Position numbers and translations under genes: made by a program. From Eledone cirrhosa (lineage: Eukaryota), in assembly GCA_964016885.1 (NCBI GenBank), contig OZ024740.1, positions 45,880,001 to 45,944,000 on the forward strand: 64,000 bases of DNA, in the 5' to 3' direction. The notes under the pieces were generated by a model. It did not search any database and had not been told where the DNA came from. It worked only from the letters and a program-made list of their open reading frames with translations. Below, piece after piece: positions 54,905 to 64,000 of the stretch; the stretch's first letter is position 1; the number at the start of each line of letters is the position of its first letter.

Positions 54905-57900
54905 TGTCTATTGTTTTTTGTAACAAGATATTGGTGTTGTACAGGAAGAATTAGGCCTACTGTCTATTGTTGTAATTAGACATTCGTGTTGTAACAGCAA
55001 GAATTAGATCTACTGTCTATTGTTGTATGTAACAAGATATAGGTGTTGTACAGCAAGAATTAGATCTACTGTCTATTGTTGTGTGTAACAAGACATTGGT
55101 GTTGTGCAGCAAGAATTAGATCTACTGTCTATTGTTGTGTGTAACAAGACATTGGTGTTGTACAGCAAGAATTCGATCTACTGTCTATTGTCGTGTGTCA
55201 CAAGACATTGGTATTGTACAGCAAGAATTAGATCTATTGTCTATTGTTGTATGTAACAAGATATTGGTTGTTGTACAGCAAGAATTAGGCCTACTGTCTA
55301 TTGTTGTGTGTAACAAGACATTGGTGTTGTACAGCAAGAATTAGGCTTACTGTCTATTGTTGTAATTAGAGATTCGTGTTGTACAGTAAGAATTAGATCT
55401 ATTGTCTATTGTTGTGTGTAACAAGATATTGGTTTTGTACAGCAAGAATTAGATCTACCCTCTATTGTTGTATGTAACAAGACATTGGTGTTGTACAGAA
55501 AGAATTAGGCCTACTGTCTATTGTTGTAATTAGACATTCGTGTTGTACAGCAAGAATTAGATCTACTGTCTATTGTTGTGTGTAACAAGACATTGGTGTT
55601 GTGCAGCAAGAATTAGATCTACTGTCTATTGTTGTGTGTAACAAGACATTGGTGTTGTACAGCAAGAATTAGGCCTACTGTCTATTGTTATGTGTAACAA
55701 GACATTGGTGTTGTACAGCAAGAACTAGGCTTACTGTCTATTGTTGTAATTAGACATTCGTGTTGTACAGCAAGATTTAGATCTACTGTCTATTGTTGTA
55801 TGTGACAAGACATTGGTGTTGTACAGCAAGTATTAGATCTACTGTCTATTGTTGTATGTAACAAGACATTGGTGTTGTACAGCAAGAATTAGGCCTACTG
55901 TCTATTGTTGTAATTAGACATTCGTGTTGTACAGCAAGAATTAGATCTACTGTCTATTGTTGTATGTAACAAGATATTGGTGTTGTACAGCAAGAATTAT
56001 ACCTACTGTCTATTGTTGTATGTAACAAGACATTGGTGTTGTGCAGCAAGAATTAGATCTACTGTCTATTGTTGTGTGTAACAAGATATTGGTGTTGTAC
56101 AGCAAGAATTAGACCTACTGTCTATTGTTGTATGTAACAAGATGTTGGTGTTGTACAGCAAGAATTAGACCTACTGTCTGTTGTTGTATGTAACAAGATA
56201 TTGGTGTTGTACAGCAAGAATTAGATGTATTGTCTATTGTTGTATGTAACAAGACATTGGTGTTGTACAGCAAGAATTAGATCTACTGTCTATTGTTGTA
56301 TGTAACAAGATATTGGTGTTGTACAGCAAGAATTAGATCTACTGTCTATTGTTGTGTGTAACAAGATATTGGTGTTGTACTGCAAGAATTAGATCTACTA
56401 TCTATTGTTGTGTGTAACAAGACATTGGTTTTGTACAGCAAGAATTAGATCTACTGTCTATTGTTGTGTGTAACAAGACATTGGTGTTGCACAGCAAGAA
56501 TTAGATCTACTGTCTATTGTTGTATGTAACAAGACATTGTTGTTGTACAGCAAGAATTAGGCCTACTGTCTATTGTTGTAATTAGACATTCGTGTTGTAC
56601 AGCAAGAATTAGATCTACTGTCTATTGTTGTATGTAACAAGATATTGGCGTTGTACAGCAAGAATTAGATCTACTGTCTATTGTTGTTGTGTAACAAGAC
56701 ATTGGTGTTGTGCAGCAAGAATTAGATCTACTGTCTATTGTTGTGTGTAACAAGACATTGGTGTGGTACAGCAAGAATTAGACCTACTGTCTATTGTGGT
56801 ATGTAACAAGATATTGGTGTTGTACAGCAAGAATTAGACCTACTGTCTGTTGTTGTATGTAACAAGATATTGGTGTTGTACAGCAAGAATTAGATGTATT
56901 GTCTATTGTTGTATGTAACAAGACATTGGTGTTGTACAGCAAGAATTAGATCTACTGTCTCTTGTTGTATGTAACAAGACATTGGTTTTGTACAGCAAGA
57001 ATTAGGCCTACTTTCTATTGTTGTAATTAGACATTCGTGTTGTACAGCACGAATTAGATCTACTGTCTATTGTTGTATGTGACAAGATATTGGTGTTGGA
57101 CAGCAAGAATTAGAACTATTGTCTATTGTTGTATGTAACAAGATATTGGTGTTGTTCAGCAAGAATTAGACCTACTGTCTGTTGTTGTATGTAACAAGAT
57201 ATTGGTGTTGTACAGCAAGAATTAGATGTATTGTCTATTGTTGTATGTAACAAGACATTGGTGTTGTACAGCAAGAATTAGATCTACTGTCTCTTGTTGT
57301 ATGTAACAAGACATTGGTTTTGTACAGCAAGAATTAGGCCTACTTTCTATTGTTGTAATTAGACATTCGTGTTGTACAGCAAGAATTAGATCTACTGTCT
57401 ATTGTTGTATGTGACAAGATATTGGTGTTGTACAGCAAGAATTAGAACTATTGTCTATTGTAGTATGTAACAAGACATTGGTGTTGTTCAGCAAGAATTA
57501 GATCTACTGTCTATTGTTGTATGTAACAAGACATTGGTGTTGTACAGCAAGAATTAGATCTACTGTCTATTGTTGTATGTAACAAGATATTGGTGTTGTA
57601 CAGCAAGAATTAGACCTACCGTCTATTGTTGTATGTAACAAGATATTGGTGTTGTACAGCAAGAATTAGACCTACTGTCTGTTGTTGTATGTAACAAGAT
57701 ATTGGTGTTGTACAGCAAGAATTAGATGTATTGTCTATTGTTGTATATAAGAAGACATTGGTGTTGTGCAGCAAGAATTAGATCTACTGTCTATTGTTGT
57801 ATGTGACAAGATATTGGTGTTGTACAGCAAGAATTAGAACTATTGTCTATTGTTGTATGTAACAAGACATTGGTTTTGTACAGCAAGAATTAGGCCTACT

Positions 57901-60900
57901 TTCTATTGTTGTAATTAGACATTCGTGTTGTACAGCACGAATTAGATCTACTGTCTATTGTTGTATGTGACAAGATATTGGTGTTGTACAGCAAGAATTA
58001 GAACTATTGTCTATTGTTGTATGTAACAAGACATTGGTGTTGTTCAGCAAGAATTAGATCTACTGTCTATTGTTGTATGTAACAAGATGTTGGTGTTGTA
58101 CAGAAAGAATTAGACCTACTGTCTGTTGTTGTGTGTAACAAGATATTGGTGTTGTACAGCAAGAATTAGACCTACTCTCTGTTGTTGTGTGTAACAAGAT
58201 ATTGGTGTTGTACAGCAAGAAATAGACCTACTGTCTATTGTTGTATGTAACAAGATATTGGTGTTGTACAGCAAGTATTAGACCTACTGTCTATTGTTGT
58301 ATGTAACAAGATATTAGTGTTGTACAGCAAGAATTAGACCTACTGTCTATTGTTGTATGTAACAAGATATTGGTGTTGTACAGCAAGAATTAGACCTACT
58401 GTCTATTGTTGTGTGTAACAAGACATTGGTGTTGTACAGCAAGAATTATATCTACTGTCTATTGTTTTTTGTAACAAGATATTGGTGTTGTACAGGAAGA
58501 ATTAGGCCTACTGTCTATTGTTGTAATTAGACATTCGTGTTGTAACAGCAAGAATTAGATCTACTGTCTATTGTTGTATGTAACAAGATATAGGTGTTGT
58601 ACAGCAAGAATTAGATCTACTGTCTATTGTTGTGTGTAACAAGACATTGGTGTTGTGCAGCAAGAATTAGATCTACTGTCTATTGTTGTGTGTAACAAGA
58701 CATTGGTGTTGTACAGCAAGAATTCGATCTACTGTCTATTGTCGTGTGTCACAAGACATTGGTGTTGTACAGCAAGAATTAGATCTATTGTCTATTGTTG
58801 TATGTAACAAGATATTGGTTGTTGTACAGCAAGAATTAGGCCTACTGTCTATTGTTGTGTGTAACAAGACATTGGTGTTGTACAGCAAGAATTAGGCTTA
58901 CTGTCTATTGTTGTAATTAGAGATTCGTGTTGTACAGTAAGAATTAGATCTATTGTCTATTGTTGTGTGTAACAAGATATTGGTTTTGTACAGCAAGAAT
59001 TAGATCTACCCTCTATTGTTGTATGTAACAAGACATTGGTGTTGTACAGAAAGAATTAGGCCTACTGTCTATTGTTGTAATTAGACATTCGTGTTGTACA
59101 GCAAGAATTAGATCTACTGTCTATTGTTGTGTGTAACAAGACATTGGTGTTGTGCAGCAAGAATTAGATCTACTGTCTATTGTTGTGTGTAACAAGACAT
59201 TGGTGTTGTACAGCAAGAATTAGGCCTACTGTCTATTGTTATGTGTAACAAGACATTGGTGTTGTACAGCAAGAACTAGGCTTACTGTCTATTGTTGTAA
59301 TTAGACATTCGTGTTGTACAGCAAGATTTAGATCTACTGTCTATTGTTGTATGTGACAAGACATTGGTGTTGTACAGCAAGTATTAGATCTACTGTCTAT
59401 TGTTGTATGTAACAAGACATTGGTGTTGTACAGCAAGAATTAGGCCTACTGTCTATTGTTGTAATTAGACATTCGTGTTGTACAGCAAGAATTAGATCTA
59501 CTGTCTATTGTTGTATGTAACAAGATATTGGTGTTGTACAGCAAGAATTATACCTACTGTCTATTGTTGTATGTAACAAGACATTGGTGTTGTGCAGCAA
59601 GAATTAGATCTACTGTCTATTGTTGTGTGTAACAAGATATTGGTGTTGTACAGCAAGAATTAGACCTACTGTCTATTGTTGTATGTAACAAGATGTTGGT
59701 GTTGTACAGCAAGAATTAGACCTACTGTCTGTTGTTGTATGTAACAAGATATTGGTGTTGTACAGCAAGAATTAGATGTATTGTCTATTGTTGTATGTAA
59801 CAAGACATTGGTGTTGTACAGCAAGAATTAGATCTACTGTCTATTGTTGTATGTAACAAGATATTGGTGTTGTACAGCAAGAATTAGATCTACTGTCTAT
59901 TGTCGTGTGTAACAAGATATTGGTGTTGTACTGCAAGAATTAGATCTACTATCTATTGTTGTGTGTAACAAGACATTGGTTTTGTACAGCAAGAATTAGA
60001 TCTACTGTCTATTGTTGTGTGTAACAAGACATTGGTGTTGCACAGCAAGAATTAGATCTACTGTCTATTGTTGTATGTAACAAGACATTGTTGTTGTACA
60101 GCAAGAATTAGGCCTACTGTCTATTGTTGTAATTAGACATTCGTGTTGTACAGCAAGAATTAGATCTACTGTCTATTGTTGTATGTAACAAGATATTGGC
60201 GTTGTACAGCAAGAATTAGATCTACTGTCTATTGTTGTTGTGTAACAAGACATTGGTGTTGTGCAGCAAGAATTAGATCTACTGTCTATTGTTGTGTGTA
60301 ACAAGACATTGGTGTGGTACAGCAAGAATTAGACCTACTGTCTATTGTGGTATGTAACAAGATATTGGTGTTGTACAGCAAGAATTAGACCTACTGTCTG
60401 TTGTTGTATGTAACAAGATATTGGTGTTGTACAGCAAGAATTAGATGTATTGTCTATTGTTGTATGTAACAAGACATTGGTGTTGTACAGCAAGAATTAG
60501 ATCTACTGTCTCTTGTTGTATGTAACAAGACATTGGTTTTGTACAGCAAGAATTAGGCCTACTTTCTATTGTTGTAATTAGACATTCGTGTTGTACAGCA
60601 CGAATTAGATCTACTGTCTATTGTTGTATGTGACAAGATATTGGTGTTGGACAGCAAGAATTAGAACTATTGTCTATTGTTGTATGTAACAAGATATTGG
60701 TGTTGTTCAGCAAGAATTAGACCTACTGTCTGTTGTTGTATGTAACAAGATATTGGTGTTGTACAGCAAGAATTAGATGTATTGTCTATTGTTGTATGTA
60801 ACAAGACATTGGTGTTGTACAGCAAGAATTAGATCTACTGTCTCTTGTTGTATGTAACAAGACATTGGTTTTGTACAGCAAGAATTAGGCCTACTTTCTA

Positions 60901-63900
60901 TTGTTGTAATTAGACATTCGTGTTGTACAGCAAGAATTAGATCTACTGTCTATTGTTGTATGTGACAAGATATTGGTGTTGTACAGCAAGAATTAGAACT
61001 ATTGTCTATTGTAGTATGTAACAAGACATTGGTGTTGTTCAGCAAGAATTAGATCTACTGTCTATTGTTGTATGTAACAAGACATTGGTGTTGTACAGCA
61101 AGAATTAGATCTACTGTCTATTGTTGTATGTAACAAGATATTGGTGTTGTACAGCAAGAATTAGACCTACCGTCTATTGTTGTATGTAACAAGATATTGG
61201 TGTTGTACAGCAAGAATTAGACCTACTGTCTGTTGTTGTATGTAACAAGATATTGGTGTTGTACAGCAAGAATTAGATGTATTGTCTATTGTTGTATATA
61301 AGAAGACATTGGTGTTGTGCAGCAAGAATTAGATCTACTGTCTATTGTTGTATGTGACAAGATATTGGTGTTGTACAGCAAGAATTAGAACTATTGTCTA
61401 TTGTTGTATGTAACAAGACATTGGTTTTGTACAGCAAGAATTAGGCCTACTTTCTATTGTTGTAATTAGACATTCGTGTTGTACAGCACGAATTAGATCT
61501 ACTGTCTATTGTTGTATGTGACAAGATATTGGTGTTGTACAGCAAGAATTAGAACTATTGTCTATTGTTGTATGTAACAAGACATTGGTGTTGTTCAGCA
61601 AGAATTAGATCTACTGTCTATTGTTGTATGTAACAAGATGTTGGTGTTGTACAGAAAGAATTAGACCTACTGTCTGTTGTTGTGTGTAACAAGATATTGG
61701 TGTTGTACAGCAAGAATTAGACCTACTCTCTGTTGTTGTGTGTAACAAGATATTGGTGTTGTACAGCAAGAATTAGACCTACTGTCTATTGTTGTATGTA
61801 ACAAGATATTGGTGTTGTACAGCAAGTATTAGACCTACTGTCTATTGTTGTATGTAACAAGATATTAGTGTTGTACAGCAAGAATTAGACCTACTGTCTA
61901 TTGTTGTATGTAACAAGATATTGGTGTTGTACAGCAAGAATTAGACCTACTGTCTATTGTTGTGTGTAACAAGACATTGGTGTTGTACAGCAAGAATTAT
62001 ATCTACTGTCTATTGTTTTTTGTAACAAGATATTGGTGTTGTACAGGAAGAATTAGGCCTACTGTCTATTGTTGTAATTAGACATTCGTGTTGTAACAGC
62101 AAGAATTAGATCTACTGTCTATTGTTGTATGTAACAAGATATAGGTGTTGTACAGCAAGAATTAGATCTACTGTCTATTGTTGTGTGTAACAAGACATTG
62201 GTGTTGTGCAGCAAGAATTAGATCTACTGTCTATTGTTGTGTGTAACAAGACATTGGTGTTGTACAGCAAGAATTCGATCTACTGTCTATTGTCGTGTGT
62301 CACAAGACATTGGTGTTGTACAGCAAGAATTAGATCTATTGTCTATTGTTGTATGTAACAAGATATTGGTTGTTGTACAGCAAGAATTAGGCCTACTGTC
62401 TATTGTTGTGTGTAACAAGACATTGGTGTTGTACAGCAAGAATTAGGCTTACTGTCTATTGTTGTAATTAGAGATTCGTGTTGTACAGTAAGAATTAGAT
62501 CTATTGTCTATTGTTGTGTGTAACAAGATATTGGTTTTGTACAGCAAGAATTAGATCTACCCTCTATTGTTGTATGTAACAAGACATTGGTGTTGTACAG
62601 AAAGAATTAGGCCTACTGTCTATTGTTGTAATTAGACATTCGTGTTGTACAGCAAGAATTAGATCTACTGTCTATTGTTGTGTGTAACAAGACATTGGTG
62701 TTGTGCAGCAAGAATTAGATCTACTGTCTATTGTTGTGTGTAACAAGACATTGGTGTTGTACAGCAAGAATTAGGCCTACTGTCTATTGTTATGTGTAAC
62801 AAGACATTGGTGTTGTACAGCAAGAACTAGGCTTACTGTCTATTGTTGTAATTAGACATTCGTGTTGTACAGCAAGATTTAGATCTACTGTCTATTGTTG
62901 TATGTGACAAGACATTGGTGTTGTACAGCAAGTATTAGATCTACTGTCTATTGTTGTATGTAACAAGACATTGGTGTTGTACAGCAAGAATTAGGCCTAC
63001 TGTCTATTGTTGTAATTAGACATTCGTGTTGTACAGCAAGAATTAGATCTACTGTCTATTGTTGTATGTAACAAGATATTGGTGTTGTACAGCAAGAATT
63101 ATACCTACTGTCTATTGTTGTATGTAACAAGACATTGGTGTTGTGCAGCAAGAATTAGATCTACTGTCTATTGTTGTGTGTAACAAGATATTGGTGTTGT
63201 ACAGCAAGAATTAGACCTACTGTCTATTGTTGTATGTAACAAGATGTTGGTGTTGTACAGCAAGAATTAGACCTACTGTCTGTTGTTGTATGTAACAAGA
63301 TATTGGTGTTGTACAGCAAGAATTAGATGTATTGTCTATTGTTGTATGTAACAAGACATTGGTGTTGTACAGCAAGAATTAGATCTACTGTCTATTGTTG
63401 TATGTAACAAGATATTGGTGTTGTACAGCAAGAATTAGATCTACTGTCTATTGTTGTGTGTAACAAGATATTGGTGTTGTACTGCAAGAATTAGATCTAC
63501 TATCTATTGTTGTGTGTAACAAGACATTGGTTTTGTACAGCAAGAATTAGATCTACTGTCTATTGTTGTGTGTAACAAGACATTGGTGTTGCACAGCAAG
63601 AATTAGATCTACTGTCTATTGTTGTATGTAACAAGACATTGTTGTTGTACAGCAAGAATTAGGCCTACTGTCTATTGTTGTAATTAGACATTCGTGTTGT
63701 ACAGCAAGAATTAGATCTACTGTCTATTGTTGTATGTAACAAGATATTGGCGTTGTACAGCAAGAATTAGATCTACTGTCTATTGTTGTTGTGTAACAAG
63801 ACATTGGTGTTGTGCAGCAAGAATTAGATCTACTGTCTATTGTTGTGTGTAACAAGACATTGGTGTGGTACAGCAAGAATTAGACCTACTGTCTATTGTG

Positions 63901-64000
63901 GTATGTAACAAGATATTGGTGTTGTACAGCAAGAATTAGACCTACTGTCTGTTGTTGTATGTAACAAGATATTGGTGTTGTACAGCAAGAATTAGATGTA
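54905..64000. repeat. Higher-order repeat of 3,551 bp (64 monomers), about 2.6 near-identical copies, running off the right end
   Basis: ORF-track hits are at 55132, 58683 and 62234. The GTTGGAC variant is at 57099/60650 and CACG at 57936/61487. Nine 52-mers and three +1 insertions per unit give 64x56-36+3=3551. Confidence 0.95.

Larger units (their letters stand above)
1..64000. repeat. Satellite DNA array with a 56-bp monomer (plus a 52-bp variant), about 1,150 head-to-tail copies, extending beyond both window ends
   Basis: TTGTACAGCA recurs at 1, 57, 113, 169, 225 and onward (56-bp spacing) to the end of the window. Consensus TTGTACAGCAAGAATTAGATCTACTGTCTATTGTTGTATGTAACAAGATATTGGTG has T21 A17 G12 C6 and no CpG. 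Copies typically differ from it by only a few substitutions. No inversion or foreign insertion was seen. Confidence 0.99.

Noticed and set aside
868-62446. The twelve short ORFs in the track (68-114 aa; repeated motifs QQELDLLSIVVCNK, YWCCTARIR, LYSKN)
   Set aside because: They are translations of the satellite. 56 is not a multiple of 3, so reading cycles through all frames and normally hits TAG or TAA within three monomers. ORFs appear only where SNPs (TTAG>TTCG, TAA>TCA) or 52-mers skip stops. There is no real start context or domain similarity. They are useful only as HOR markers.
1-64000. CRISPR array (regular ~56-bp period with a partly palindromic conserved segment)
   Set aside because: There are no unique spacers. 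The variable part is the same sequence with a few SNPs, and there is no leader or cas gene.
1-64000. Information-encoding or programmed-diversity cassette system (DGR, antigenic-variation cassettes, guide-RNA array)
   Set aside because: Variation is fully explained by inherited SNPs in nested duplications. There is no adenine-specific mutagenesis pattern, reverse transcriptase, recombinase or expression locus in the window.
1-64000. Telomeric repeat, rRNA/5S/tRNA/spliced-leader gene array, or iteron origin
   Set aside because: There is no canonical short telomere unit despite mild G/T strand skew. The 56-bp unit is too short and lacks recognisable RNA gene or Pol III box motifs. The scale far exceeds iteron arrays.
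1-64000. Transposon or MITE insertions, or strand inversions within the array
   Set aside because: No non-satellite sequence, target-site duplication or reverse-complement monomer was seen while reading through the window.
1-64000. Pure sequencing or assembly artefact (e.g. rolling-circle concatemer)
   Set aside because: Rare SNPs and indels are shared in consistent hierarchical patterns at several different periods, which indicates real evolutionary duplication. Exact copy numbers of the youngest HORs could still be mis-assembled.

Overview
The whole 64 kb window is one uninterrupted, head-to-tail tandem repeat array (satellite DNA) in a single orientation. I found no unique sequence, gene, RNA gene, transposon or CRISPR array. 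The basic monomer is 56 bp and about 32-34% GC: TTGTACAGCAAGAATTAG(AT/AC/GC)CTACTGTCT(A/G)TTGTTGT(A/G)TGTAACAAGA(T/C)ATTGGTG. A fixed 52-bp variant (...TAGGCCTACTGTCTATTGTTGTAATTAGACATTCGTG) is interspersed. There are roughly 1,150 monomers, and the array runs off both ends of the window. Diagnostic SNPs and indels reveal a patchwork of higher-order repeats (HORs) and segmental duplications of different sizes and ages: about 1.67-2.1 kb (6 copies, with a 3,826-bp super-duplication), about 5.0-5.3 kb, 1,384 bp, about 2.0 kb, 4,603 bp and a near-perfect 3,551-bp (64-monomer) HOR. The monomer is almost fully tiled by short dyad symmetries. All ORFs in the supplied track are by-products of the repeat. 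The architecture is what is expected of eukaryotic (peri)centromeric or heterochromatic satellite, but the organism and any function cannot be determined from sequence alone. I see no evidence of a novel coding system.
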